A DNA stretch of 64,000 nt. Origin: Octopus vulgaris (taxonomy: Eukaryota). The notes under the pieces are model-generated. The model did no database searches, was not told the origin of the DNA, and saw only the letters and a list, made by a program, of their open reading frames with translations. This document shows, piece by piece, positions 22,575 to 36,550 of this stretch. A program made the position numbers and the translations under genes. Position 1 is the stretch's first letter; the number at the start of each line of letters is the position of its first letter. The stretch covers positions 113,398,001-113,462,000 of the forward strand of contig OX597816.1 in the NCBI GenBank assembly GCA_951406725.2, read 5' to 3'.

Positions 22575-23577
22575 GTAAGATTGGTAATTAAAGTTTTAAA
22601 TTTCTACAGATTCTTATGCATATTGGCTTAATTCTCTTTTATGAATTTAAAAAAATTCTTCGTATAGTTAGTTTCACACCTGGGACAAAGTTTTGGTCAT
22701 TTCTGGTAGCCAGAATATGACAATTATCTGTATTACTTTTTCTTTCTTGTAGACAAACTGTAGCCATTGTTTATATATTAAATATATACTGCTTTTGAGA
22801 TCGAAATTTTTTATTGAATTGCATTGATCAGTTCAAACAATTAAGTTCAGTCTTCATGGCTAACTTATATAGAAATAAACTCCGTTTATACAAATATTTT
22901 ATAAAGTTTACGATGTCCCAATGCCAACCTTATAATTTAAAATATAATGAACTTGGCTGTGGCTTGGATAATGAGGTAATCTCGCCAAATGGGTCCTGGA
23001 TAATATATATAGAAGTATATAAGTTCAACATGTCACAGAATCACTAAACAACTGGTTAGAATCATAAAGAAATATTCACCAGAAAGATATATACTCATCA
23101 GGCATGTTCATAGAAATTTTGTAAGAAACTGATGAAGGCCCACATAATATTTATTGTTTTGTTATATAAATTGTAATTAAATAATGTTATTTACATGCAT
23201 GTGAAAAAAATACTTCATGTACCTACATTCATATCCACTAATTGTGAACTATGTAAACCTGTATTCTTCATTCAGTTTTACTCTAATATTAAAAAGCAAT
23301 ATTAATTTAAAAACTATATGTTGTTAATAATTATCATCATGGATTAATAGAACTATTAATGTTGAACAAAATACCTTGTGGTGTTTAGTTATGGCTTTTT
23401 ATTTTCTGAGTTCATATCCCACTGAAGTGAACTTTGTATTTCATTCTTTTGGGTTTCAGAAATGAATACTAAGTCAAAAACTGGGGTTGGTTTAATCAGC
23501 TGTACCTTCATATAATATGTAATCATGGCTATGTGCCATTATTTGAAAATCAATAGTTATTATCATCAAACAAATTA

Positions 23578-24064
23578 CACTGTGTAACAAGAGTTTTATT
23601 TTCTTGTCTTTGGTCAGTAACTGTTATTTCCTATTTGCTTTTATCTAGAAATCAAAGAAAATGATTTTTATTCCCTTCAAATTTTGTCTTTGTGACCTGG
23701 ACATAAATGTTTTGAAACTGACCTATTTTCCATTACATTTCAGACAGATTCAGCACTGAGTTGCTGAAGCAGAAATATTGCTATAGCAAATATTCTGCTC
23801 AATACCACAGATGTTTTTTCAGTTGCTTGACCATAACCACTTGAGCACATCTCTTAGTGGCTGACAATATATGTGTCTCTGATCATGAGCTGGAGTAGTG
23901 GGGTTGTATCATAGCCATGTTTTGAGAAAGATTCTTTAGGGTTTGAATAAATGTAACAAAAGCAAAGTTTGAAGGAAATATTAGCCATTTTTCATTCTTT
24001 CTAGGGGGTATGCAAATAGGAAATAACAGTTGCTACCCAGGGACAAAAATCATGTTACACAGTG
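23578..24064. mobile_element. Tc1/mariner-type MITE
   Basis: Perfect 11-bp TIR, CACTGTGTAAC...GTTACACAGTG, with TA on the left and subterminal inverted ttatttcctatttgc. Confidence 0.8.
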
Positions 24065-24133
24065 TTATGTAATAATGTTTCTATTGGTATCTGTTATGAA
24101 ATAAATCTACATATATGATTATTGTTACCTTAG

Positions 24134-24296
24134 GTCATAATAAATTCACAAATTAGGAACTTCTTATCAGAATTTGACCTGAATTACAGTACAGAAAGTA
24201 TTTTACAATCTGAAATACGTGTTCTTAAAACATTAAATTATGAAGTCTCCACTGCATCCCCAGTAACATCTTTAGAAATCATCTTGGAAATCTTAG
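24134..24296 (+). CDS. CNTD1: CNTD1 coding exon 4 (VIINSQIRNFLSEFDLNYSTESILQSEIRVLKTLNYEVSTASPVTSLEIILEIL-G)
   Basis: ccttag acceptor and gtgagt donor; 163 nt, phase 0 to 1. Cyclin 'SE..VLK.LN' motif and 'P...LE..LE.LG'. Confidence 0.93.
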
Positions 24297-24444
24297 GTGA
24301 GTTATATTCAGTATGTATCACAGTATTTATTTAAAATATAGTAATTTACATTCTAGTAGACAACCAATTGAAAAGTCAGCAATTTGTGTCTACTTATATC
24401 CAGTCATCAGTGCTGTGTTGTATCTGTAGTTATTAACTACCAAG

Positions 24445-24650
24445 TCGGCAAGCTGGCAGGCTCATTAACACACTGGACACCATTTCATCTGTTTTAATGT
24501 TCTGAATTCAACTTCTACTAAAGTCAACTTAGCTCTTCATCCTTTTGGGTTTGCTAAAGTTAGTATCAGTTGAATACTGGGGTTGATGTAATTGACTTAA
24601 CCCCCTCCCTTGAACTTACTGGCCTTATGCCAAAATTTGAAATCATTAAT
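24445..24650 (+). mobile_element. Second SINE family (gagctggcagaa...ttcatccttt.ggggt.gataaa...), decayed
   Basis: Homologous to 35198-35425 and 36987-37197. Confidence 0.7.
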
Positions 24651-25390
24651 TATAAAGTCCTTGTGGTTCTATGTAGATTGTACATTTAACCTAATGTCCA
24701 ATATAATGCCACTATCTGACCCTTCAACACCCTTTTGTGGCATCTAATTTGCTGGAAGTATCTAGACCTAGACCGATGCATAAAGAAAAAGAAGAAAAAA
24801 TAATAGGCCACCCTAATGTATTGTTAGTTACCATGCAGCTCATGAGTCATTTTCTTCCTCCCTTTTCTCCTGAGAATTTATCACTGTAACCCAGCTCTTG
24901 TTGTTTGATAAATAAATCTTATTGTATTTACTTATATATTTATCTACATAGGTTATATCTCATTTGGTGTGCAATGGCATTGTTGGTTACATTTTTCCAA
25001 ATGAACTAATCACTGGTCCATTGCATTTCTGACAAAAGTGATAAAGAAGTGTCTTTGCAACTAGTGCGGAACAAATATAATACCATGAATATGCACAATC
25101 CATACACAGGCACACATGCACACACATATACATACCCATATAATGAGGTTTTGCACAGTTTTCACTGCCAAATTTCACTCACAAGGCATTTATCAATGCA
25201 AGACTGTGTCAGAGAATACAAGTTGTCATAACTATTGTTAAATAAACTATTAACAATATAGAAAAGAATATTAGAATGTAAGTCATTTTTTAATGCTATT
25301 CACATTATATATTACAATTTATTTTTTCTTGTAATCTGAAGTTATTATAAATACTAAGATTTTTTTACACTTTTTTCTTTTATTCATAAG

Positions 25391-25535
25391 GTTTTGAATT
25401 TCCAGATTTAGATATAAAAATTCTTCATATGATATCTGTAAAAATAATGGATCTTGTGTATTTAGAACACAAAACTGCTTATCATCAGCTGTTTAAAAGA
25501 GTAACTGGTCAACAACATTTCACTGAATCAGAAAG
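25391..25535 (+). CDS. CNTD1: CNTD1 coding exon 5 (FEFPDLDIKILHMISVKIMDLVYLEHKTAYHQLFKRVTGQQHFTESE-R)
   Basis: Pyrimidine tract plus cataag acceptor and gtaaat donor; 145 nt, phase 1 to 2. 'LH....IMDLVYLEH' matches CNTD1 'LH...LLDLVYLLH'. Confidence 0.92.
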
Positions 25536-26279
25536 GTAAATTACTACATATATATTTATATATATATATTTATTACCTTACATCCATTTTTTTCTTAATA
25601 CTTGCTTGGGTTGGACAGTTCTTCTCCAACACAGCATCTTGCCACTTGTGTTCTTTATCATCTCCTTCACGAAGTCCATCTTCTCGAGATCAATCTTCAC
25701 AGTTCTACCTATGCTTTTCTCAGTCTTCCTTTTCTACATGTTCCTTCCTCTTAGGTTACTTGGCACATATCTCTGTTTAATTGTGATAATTCAGTTTCTG
25801 AACATATTTGGTAATCTTTGAGTTTTCTCTGTGAGTTCTTTATCTATTACTATAAATTGTTTTTATTAATATAAATTCATCAAAACTGATTAAATGTTTC
25901 CTGTTTTGTTTTTAACATAATAGTTTCAGATTTTAAAGTCATTGTATGCATGAACTTTGTGGTAAAATATTTTCAGGAAAAAAGTTCATTGGCTTAAGGT
26001 AATAGTTGGTCTCTGTCCAAAGATGGTATCTTGTGTATAATCTGGTCAAGTAGTAAGGTATCAGGTACTGTTGAGTGTTTTAGAGTGCTATTTTGTTGAT
26101 TTAGTGTATCGATGTAAAAACATAAGGTTTCTTTAAATTAATACTTCGTAAGAGTGCATATTTTATCCTTACGAAGTTCTACTCAGAATATTTATATATG
26201 TATTTCTAAAGATATTTGTTGGTAATAGAGTGCAGTATTAAAAAGCAGATTTATTATTCTCATGTAAATATAAAATTAA

Positions 26280-26964
26280 TTCATTGCAACAGAGCTGATG
26301 CATATTTATAATTTAAAACTTTAAAGGAACAAAAATTGCTGACCTTCTTTTAGTATCTATTTTCAAATATCTGGCTAATAACACCTGAGTTGTTTTCTCT
26401 CCTTTCATAATCAGAATGTAATAAAGTTTAATTTATTTATATTTGATTCAGTTGTAACAAAATTCAGGCAGTCCTCAAAACAATTGCATAATGTATCTTC
26501 AACATTTTTGCCCAGTTCATCAATTTTTCATATTTTTGTAGTATTTGTTCCAAGGTATTTCATTGATTATGCCAGGCACTGGTTTGTACAGCGTAAGTAT
26601 ATAGAACCCCACTAGCAACTGCAAGGATTGATTCTTTGTGGTTTTCTGGATTTGGCAATCAATAGTGATATTATGTAAGAGGTACATAAACAATAATTTT
26701 CTTGCATTAATGTTGATGAAAACATATTAGGCAATTTTAACCATTCGCAAACCGGTTTCAAAATACTTTAAAATTAAAATAAATCATTATTTGTCTTATT
26801 GGATGAATTTCTTCAAGTGCTTTTTTAATCTTGAAGGTTTCATATTGGAAAACACTTTTTGACAAATCAGACAAATTGGTAATAGATTTTGGTAATGGAA
26901 TAAAACTATATCTTTAAATATTCAATACTTTTCTGCTGGCATTTCTTCTTTGCTTTTGCCACGG
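26280..26964 (-). mobile_element. hAT (Charlie/Buster, ZBED5/FAM200-like) transposase relic in CNTD1 intron 5
   Basis: Minus strand with frameshifts: AKAKKKCQQKSIEYLK.SFIP..LPICLICQKVFSNMKPSRLKKHL..IHP; ISLLIAKSRKP; KIDELGKNVEDTLCN; LLARYLKIDTK. Confidence 0.8.
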
Positions 26965-27317
26965 TTATATCTATAAAAAATTATATCATCATCAATATAA
27001 TCTTTTTTATACTATTCTTTAAATAAGATCATACTATCACTGTTAGTGCAGGTGACAGTTTTACAAGCAACTATGAATGTGCATTCTCTGCTCCATTCCT
27101 CCCTCACTACCACTTGCCTTCCAATGTCCTATACCATGCTTTTGCCTACCAGTACCTCTTTTGAGGCTTTCATAATTCCTAACTGAATAGTAGGATCCCT
27201 TGGGGAATCATTGGTCTAGACTGTTCATTGTTTTATTTTATCATTTATTATATTGTTATTTTTTAATTTTTTAAAATATATTGCTTCCTAAGAAACATGC
27301 ATATATCTTATTTTCAG

Positions 27318-27414
27318 AGAAAAATTTTTATCGGTTACAAATAATAAGATGTTCTTAGTAGTCAGCCTTATAGCAGCAGCTACATATATAATTGATAAAA
27401 CATCTACTGATAAG
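27318..27414 (+). CDS. CNTD1: CNTD1 coding exon 6 (EKFLSVTNNKMFLVVSLIAAATYIIDKTSTDK); gene 3'-incomplete
   Basis: ttttcag acceptor and gttagt donor; 97 nt, phase 2 to 0. Matches CNTD1 'EKFTSVKEDFMLLAVGIIAASAFI'. Confidence 0.92.
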
Positions 27415-29569
27415 GTTAGTTTAAATACCTTTATTTATGAATGCATACATCATACATATAAGACAGCTTATTTAATACTTGATGTTTGGTGTAATCTTTG
27501 TGTTCAGTATTATGATGGATGATGAAAAAAATTTGGTTTGACTTTTGAAAGCTGATTGGGCCATAAATAAGTTGACAAAATTCTATGCAGCTAGCAAATT
27601 TAACAGCTGAAGAATGGATTTATCACTACATTCTATTTTTTTTTTATCCTCTTATTTTTGAAGTCCAAAGTCTAAAAGTTCATTTGTTGTTGAATTACCC
27701 CTTTTCCTCTGGTTTCATTCAAAGGATCTAAAATTAAATAGCTGCAATTAAATTGCTTATCATTAGTTGGGACCACAATATACCAGTAGCTAGCAAGATA
27801 TTTCTATGCTTAGTCTGCATGTGTGTGTGTGTGTGTAGAAAATAGATAAGAATTCAGTTATAGCCCAAATTAGAGATGTGGGTGTGTTAGGTGTATTAAG
27901 TGTTATAATGCACCTTCGTAAGTCATTGTATGAACTATCTAGATCTAATCAGTAAAAGTTAGGTATTGGTTATCTTCATGTTGGCTAATTATTGGTTAAT
28001 GTTGGACTGCTCTTATGTTAAAATCAGTGCTGATTAAGTATTGATTAGTGTTGAGCTGCACTTACATTTCAGTCAGTGTCAGTTGTTGTATATAAGATGG
28101 ACAACTGTTGTTCTTGATGTGTTAAATATATAGAAGGAGAACGCTTCTAATTTTGTAGCTGAAGACAACCAAGACAAAATTAAATAAAATAGGTGACTGT
28201 GGTAAAGATGATTTGAGAGAAGCAGTTTTCAGAAAACCATTCCTACAAGTATGGAAATAAAATAGTAGAAAACAGTATTAAAGACTTATTGCGCTATTAA
28301 CTTCATTTAAGCATTTTGTGTGACACTAGATTTTGATAAGTATAATCACATAATCTTCAGGTGGCATGTTTTTTGTACATTTGGAATGTAGAGTTAGGAT
28401 TACTGCCATGTATTTCAAAGTTTATAACTGAGTTTTAATTATTTTATCCACTATGTTAATGTTATAGAAGGTGTTCTAATCTACTATGGTATTGTTTTAA
28501 TGATAGTCGGAGACAATACTGATTAAAATACTGTGCAACTTTAAAAAAGGAAACAAAAACAAAAAGAGCATACAAATGCAAATATAGTCAAATTTTATTA
28601 CTCAAATAATAATTTCTCTCAGAAAATATAAAAATGTCTGAAAAATATGCATGGGAATTGGAAATGAGTGTATAATAAAGATAAAATAAAGTTAAATATG
28701 TGTGAGATATCATTTAATGAATTTGGGGTTTAACTTAGCTATAATCTATTCCTTACTTGAAAAAGGAGTTTGTAAACATGTCACGCTATTTTGGAAAGGC
28801 AACAATTGAGTTCATTACGGTTGGAAATAACACTTCTGTCAGGTTGTCAGTATGTGTGATAGTGACATAAGGAGCTAGACATAGTGATTAATGAGCAAAG
28901 AAAAATATATATAGAAGGAAAATTAACTGCAGGATAAAATAGAAAAATGAAAAAAATTATGATAAATCAGTAGTTAAAAAAACAAAACAAAAGAAGAAAA
29001 AAACAACAAAAAAAAACATCCTCATTTTTCTGAAAGTTTGAAATGTATTGAGATGATGAGAAGTAGGGAATATTGAAGAAGCAGCAGTAAGGAATGTATT
29101 GAGTGAATTAGTATCAATTACTTACATTTTAGGTGTTTGGGAAATAATGTCTGTAATCTATGTGTAAAGGTTCCTAATATAAAATGATTGATCAATAAAC
29201 ATTATTGGTAAATATCTTGGTGACATTAAAAATTGCATAATGATGAAAATTCATGGTAAATTCATGCAAAGAAATTTTGTTAATCTGATTGCAAATATGT
29301 TTTGTGTATATATAAAAAGTGAATTTTATAAAGTATGTAATAGAACTTATGTTCTGAGATGTAATAAACCTCAAATAATAAATAAGGAATCTATAATAGT
29401 AAACATATTTGAATATGCATAATGTCAGTTTTTGAAAGGAATGAACAGATTCAGTTGAATAACCCTCAGTGTATTACTGGTACATATTTTATTGACTTTG
29501 GAATATGAAATTCAGGATAAGGAGATATCAAATTGTTCACTGTGCCTTTATTATTGGTCAGCATACTTC

Positions 29570-29990
29570 AGCAAATAATTTGTATCCTGAAGTTATAAAC
29601 AAGAGCCACAATCTCTTGTTAAATTCATTAGTCTAGTGTGTTTTTATACATGATGAAATGATTGTATACAGTGCTCAGGTGCATTACAATTTATCAGAAA
29701 AGTAGCCAAAAGTGCATAAACACGACATAAAATAATGCACAGGGAGGGAACAGTGAATGAGTTATTAAAACACACACACACACACACAAAAGAGGGGGAA
29801 TCAGATTCACTGTTGGTGAATTTCAGAAAGCATGAAAGTTTCGAAGACTAGTGTCCCAACAACCAACTACTGATGCAGGTAGTTTTTCCATGATTTAGCA
29901 ATTCTGAGCATGAAGAATACTATCTTACAATCATTTGGCTGATGACACAGCGATGTTGAAACACTGGTGTTTAGAGTCCCCTTATCCTAA
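29570..29990 (-). mobile_element. CR1-type LINE 3' end relic
   Basis: Minus strand reads as a decayed 'R..FF.LR.A..W..LPASVV' CR1 terminal motif followed by a 3' UTR. Confidence 0.5.
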
Positions 29991-32900
29991 TTGCCTTAAA
30001 GGATAAGTTGTCCTCCTTGACAAAACACAACACATTCACATTTGAATCTGCTGGAACATATTAATAGTAAAAATGCCAGTCATTGTTGTGGTGAGATATC
30101 AAACTATACATCATAAAGTAATGAGTGGTTCTGTGTTATTTGCAGCAACTACTCAGTTTGCAAAGATTGCTTATGATAAAACACAAAGCCAGTTTTTAGA
30201 TGTCTTATGTAATTTGTCAATTTGTATAGTGTGGTGAATTTTGCAGTAAGAATTCAACTAGATACTTTTACTTTATGGTATCTTGTTGACATAATAACTC
30301 TTTGGAGTTAAATTTATCTTGTGATCAATTTCAATTTTCAACTTTCTAAAATCAGTATACATTTAATTATAGGAAATAAAAGTTGTATGCTTAGAATAAC
30401 ATTTCAGTATAATTATTATGATAAAAGTAACAATATGATAGTAATCACTATAACCATACTGTCATATCTTTATTTGACTAACTCTCCTAGAAATAGTTTT
30501 GATGTTATATAAATATGTTTGTCAAATTTTGAAAGTTATTTTAAGCAATAATTATGCATTTTGCTGACATATTTATGTGTAAATTCTGATTTTGTTGTTT
30601 TCCTATATAAATTGTTTACGACCAGCACTCCACTTTGATGGTGTAAATTTTCCAATGTTGATGATGACGATGTTTCTCACTGACTTCATTTTAGAGTATT
30701 TCAAAGAGCCCTTAAAATCTTTCTCTCTTGTTTCAGTTGTAATGAAAGCTTCTTTAGTGACTGTGGTCATAGTTTCTAGTTGTCTACAATCTTGCTATCT
30801 AAATTTCTAGATATGTTTAGTTTTAAGTTTTTTTTTATTACCACTGAAAAAAAAACAGATGCTTGAAATATATAACCTACTTATTTATTTATTCAATATT
30901 TCACAAATTTTCATAAAAAAAAAATAACTGATAAATTTTTAATATGTATTAAAGCATTGTTGAATCTGCAAATAGAAACTGTAGGCAATCAGATTAATTT
31001 GCTTAGGAAAGCTTCCAAATTTAGATAATTTCATATTCTTTAAACTATTTATTACTAATGAATTAAGTATGAAAATATTGCTCGTTGTCAATTGCAAAGA
31101 ATTTAAATAGGCCAAAAATACTATAGAAGGGAAATAACTCTGTAAAACAAATTACACTATTATTGCCCTTGAATTGCAAATCTTGTCGTCGTTACGCATT
31201 TCTCAGTTTTATGGTGATAACGAACAAACGGTTTCAGTTCTTTTCTCGTAATAAGTTTCTTAAATTTACGTGTTTATATTTGTACTTACTCGTGATTTAT
31301 AAATGATAGATGTGTTTTTGAGTTGTCATTCATTAAAATATTTCTTGTAATCTTTGAAATGTATTGGAAAATTATGAACTCATTTTGTGTCTTTGTAGTA
31401 ATTTAATACTGCCTACTATAATTTTTTTGTCTTTTTGTGACGCTATAATTATATTTAATAGTTTTATCGTTTATCATTTAGTTTCCAGTTCTGGGGATAT
31501 ATATATATATATATTAAAATTTGGATAAAGTACTTTCTGAAAACTAATAAACTATTATTTTTCTACATATTTTTCAATAAGGAATTTGCTATGAATATTT
31601 GAGCACATCAGATATTTGGTGCGGTATTGATTTCTAGAGAAGGAAAAATATTTGGTGTGTTATTAAGATTTCAGTTCGTTCATTCACTACTTGTAAGTTG
31701 AATGGAATTGGAATATACTAAAATACACCTCAAGAATTTTCTAAAATGTTTTAAATTAGGGGATATCTTGAGATTTGTGAATGAAAGTTGACTAATATTA
31801 CATGAACTTCAACAGTCTGTTTCAATCTTGTAACCGTTATAATTGTTTACTTAAAAATTTATTTATACTTACATTTGAAATTGTCTTTGATTATGATGGT
31901 AAAGAGAAGGGATATGGAAAATGATGAATTGGCTGTAGTATGCTAACACAGTTCTTTCAACCATTCCAACTGTGCATTCATGTCAGCAGTGCAAGCCAGA
32001 AAAAGCTAGTTATTTTAAGTTTAGAATATAGTGTTCTGAATCAATACAAAGAAAGGTTTATTTTAGAATTTTGAAGTTGAATGAATCAGCTTAATAGCTA
32101 TTGTCAATGTTTTTCATATTTTGAACCATATTTTTCAATGTTTATTTTTCCATAATTAGTGCTTACTACTTCTAGGTATAGAATGGAAAATATTTTCACA
32201 CACTTGGGTGAAGTATGTAAAAATTAAAGTGCCAAGTGTTGATGCATCTATAAAAATATTTGTACTCTTTTTATAGATTGCAATTGTAGACAGACTAATT
32301 TTAAATTAAGTACTACATTTTAAAGGAAACTAAACAAAAATATCTGTAGATTTTATAATTGTAATTAGAAAAAATCTGTAACGTTTAGTATTTTGGGAGG
32401 GTATTGAATTAGTGGATTGTTATGTTCAATTTTAAAAGGAATGATAATACATGAAAATGTAGCTTGACAGGATTCGTGGGTTTGGTTGCTTTCCTGTTTT
32501 TTTTTTAATGCTTTTTTTATGAGTGATTGATTCACCAATTGATGTGCAAGGTTTAATAGCTATTAAGTTAAAAACCCATGACACAATATCTTATGCAAAA
32601 TATTAAATTGTGGAATGTATTATAGACTCAGGAAGCATAAATATAATTCTAAATCTGAAAAAGAAATAAACACCAAATTATCAGAAACTGATAAATAATT
32701 ATACTTTCTCAAACCCTGTCTAAAATGAATAGTATTAAAACTATTGGAGCATATTGGTTTTGATATTAAGGTTCTGGGTAAAGTTAGACATTACTTGCTT
32801 CAACCTATCTGACTGTAAAATGTATTATTACCATTACTTCACAGTTGAGTGCTTAACATTAAGAAACCTCCAGTTATAAGAGCAATAGCTCTATTAATTC

Positions 32901-35197
32901 ATGTACAAAAATCTAAATTTGCTGAAACATCCATTTTATCCTTGCTAGAAAATGACAGTCATCTAGATTTGACTCAGTGGGACAATATAAATTAATATCA
33001 TCTTCTAAATATTTACTGATGAAATAGAAAAAAAGGAATGTTTTATGGAACAGGAGTTGTAGTCCTTGATGAGAGTCAGAAACTCAAAATGTTTTAGATA
33101 ATGTTTCTCAATAATTGTCTCTATTGGATTAGAAAGACAGGCAGGAACTATAATGGAATAAGTTTGTGACTATGGAAAAATGTCCAACTTGGGAATAATC
33201 TAATATATTTGCTTCTCATAAATATAGATTTATGGGGTTGAAAGGATATGAATAAAAGGAAACTAATGTAAAAGTTAGCAAGAGATTTGATGATGTCAGA
33301 TATTAAGTACATTTGGTGTCATGGGTAACTACAACACAATTGGCAAAGATCTAACCACTTAAATGATTTAAATGACTTGAATATGTTCAGTATCATGTGC
33401 AGTATACAAGATTATGGCTGTGGTGTGAATATGGTCATTGAATGTCAATGAACAGTAAGAATAAGGAAACATGAGGTGTGAATGTTTATAAAGAAGTGAG
33501 ATTAACTGATGTAAAGATAAATGAAGAAAAATCTTATGAGAATTTAGTTTAAGGAATTGGAACCAAATATTTAGGCATTCAGAGATGTAATGATACATGA
33601 TCTATGAAGTGTATAGAGAAAAGAACCTTAGCCATAATAGAAAATGAGTGATTGCTAAAACTATTAATCATCCTGACAACATCTCAAATATAATAAACCA
33701 TTGAACATTTTATCTAGAAAATATGTTTTGAAAAAAATCATGGCAAATATTTATTAACCATTCTGTTTAATTACTCATTTGTAACAATTCTATTTTATCA
33801 TTGTGCTCTAAAAAATTCTCTAACACAAATCAGATATTAAATCCATAAGACCTAATTTGTCATTTAATTCATATTTTTCTTATATTGAACCTAGACTAAT
33901 GAATATTTGAATATTTCCATTATAATCATTTATTTGAAATAAGATATCCATGGATAATTTTGTAAATATTTGTATTAACAAAATAATAATTTCCAGATTT
34001 GGCACAAGGCCACTAATCTTATAGGATCCATTCCTTAATTGGTACATATATAATTTAGTCTAGAAGAACGATAGGCAAATTTGACTTTTGTGAACTTTTA
34101 ATTCAGAACATGAATGGGTTTATCTAAATACTACAAATAATTCAAATTGTAATTCAGATTGTAAGCTCTAGCATATTCCAACCATCCTGCCCAGACTAGG
34201 ATGGTAGCATGGATCCATAAGTTCTGTTTTTCTTAATTTATCTGACTAATTATGGGCCCCCATCCCCACCCAAATGGAAACATTAAATATTTTGATTATT
34301 TATAAATTCCGATTCTTTCTCAATAATTTGATAATTTATTTTTTTTAGTTATCTATAATCTATTTTCTGATATGATTATATTATCTAATAAATTTGAGGA
34401 TTAACTTCACCTAAGAAGAAAATAAAGTGTTAGAGGCAATCAATAAGTAGCTAAAATTTTAATGTCTATTGATTTTAATATTTGTTCAAAGGTTATGATC
34501 AGATGTGTTTAAATCTTGAGTCTGTGCAGTCTTTATTCATAAATATAGTGTATTATTTTCTTAACCCAATTTTCATTTTTCTTTATATTATTATAAATTT
34601 TTTTTTTTTTTTTTTGAAAATTACTGAAATGGATTTTTTCCCTTTCTTTGGATTTTTTCTATTTCTTAATCACTCTCCATGATAACTATCATCACTTCTC
34701 TAATCATTGTCATCTTTTCATTTTTTTTTACTATATTGATAAAATTTCACTCAGATTTCATAAATATATCCAAAATAAATAGTTGTTACCTATTTAATAT
34801 TTTAGCATTTAGTTACAGGTAAAAATGTTACAAGAAGAAAAAATTCAGTGCAAGGAGCAACTGAAATTAATCATTAATAAATGAACCAAATGAAATGAAA
34901 GTAAAAAAAAAAAGTTTTGTCATTGTTTTTCATATTAATAGAATCAAAGTAAAATGGCTAAGTGTATACAGTATTGCACTGCTTGCTCAAATGTTAAATC
35001 CACTTCAAACATTAACTGGGTATTTGGGCAGTAAACTTAACTCTGTGTGGTTTAATTCACCCGATTGTTGTGAGTAGGTACCAGATCTTTTGGGAATGTT
35101 ACCTGAATCCTTTGGATGTGGAAGACATTTTACAATTATTTGTGAAATAAAGCAAACCACAAATGAATATATATCTATAATATTACACTAAAATATA

Positions 35198-35425
35198 AGG
35201 TGGTGAGCTGGCAGAATCATTAGCATGCAGGGCAAAATGCTTAGCAGCATTTCATCTGTCCTTATGTTCTGAGTTCAAATGTCGCTGAGGTCAAGTTTGC
35301 CTTTCATCCCTTTGAGGTTGATAAAATAAGTACCAGTTGAGTACTGGGGTAGGGGGTGTCAATGTAATTGACTTAGCCCCTCCCCCGAAATTGCTGGCCT
35401 TGTGCCAAAATTTGAAATCAATATT
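35198..35425 (+). mobile_element. Second SINE family, near full length
   Basis: ggtggtgagctggcagaatc head, gagttcaaat B-box and conserved tttcatccctttgaggttgataaaataagtaccag core. Confidence 0.8.
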
Positions 35426-36234
35426 GCTATATAATATACATATACAAATTCCAGTTCTTGTGGGGAGGATTGCGAAAAGTATTTAGTGTATATGGAGTAG
35501 TGGTCAAAGTTAAGATCAGTAGAGATGACTAGGGGTTTGTGATGTACATATTGCTAGTTTAGTTAAGCCATTGTAATAGTGGTAAAAGAGGCAGTCATAG
35601 GAAACGATACATTTGTGAGCCCATAATTTTTATGGATATGTGTGTGGATTTCACTAATCAATCAGAGGGTATGTTTTTAAAATTAAAAAAGTATTTCTCA
35701 AACAGACAAATTCCAAAATATTTTTTAAAAAAAAGTAAAACATTTTGGCACTTTTCTCCATCTTTACTAATGAAAAGACAAAAACCATATTACTATTGAA
35801 ATATGCTGCCTTTATTTCAATTAATTTGAAAATGATAAAGCATTTAATAAAATAACTCTGTAGTCCTTGAACAGGTGTTTGAGATATGAAACTTTCCATC
35901 AAAAAAAAAAAAAAAATTGATAGAAGATTTTAATTTAGATGAAGTTTGTATCATAGAACCATGGGTAGTCAGTCTCAAGCAGGCCAGTATCTGTAGGGTT
36001 AAATGAAGTTGGAATCTACCTAAATTTTATAAAACATAATGATTTGTTCTCTCTCTTTTCAATCATTACAGCTTCCTCTTCCCTATGAGAAACACTGATC
36101 TAGGATGTTAATGTACATAGCAGCAGCACAACCTCATATTGTGTATATGTGTAAAACTTCAATTGTGAGTTTTGCTTGAGTTTTGTTTAGCTGCTCATAA
36201 GGACTAAAGTGTTTTTTTCTTGAAGTAGAAATGT

Positions 36235-36550
36235 ATTTTAGATGCAGACAAGAACCACTCCTTGTGCAGGTAAAAGGATGGAAGCTTGCTTGGTATGGTC
36301 ACGTATTCTGCCACAACTCACTGTCTAAAGCCATTCTTCAGGGCACAGTTGTTGAGGGTGGCTAAAAGAGATTGATCAGACAGAAAATTCTGATCCCAAA
36401 ACATCAAGGACTAGACAGGTCACAACACAGCGAACCTGCTACACATAACAGAGAATAGAGACCAGTGGCAATGGCTAACTATGAAAGCATCTAGAGTGGC
36501 ACCCTAACAACTGGCTGCATCAGTTAAGGAATCTTGATGATGATGATGAT
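36235..36550 (+). mobile_element. RTE-clade LINE 3' end
   Basis: QEPLLVQVKGWKLAWYGHVFCHNSLSKAILQGTVVEGG, then a (GAT)n tail. Confidence 0.8.

Noticed and set aside
29096-29167. VLSELVSITYILGVWEIMSVIYV* resembling the CNTD1 last exon
   Set aside because: No AG acceptor in the required phase 0 and no pyrimidine tract; probably coincidence.
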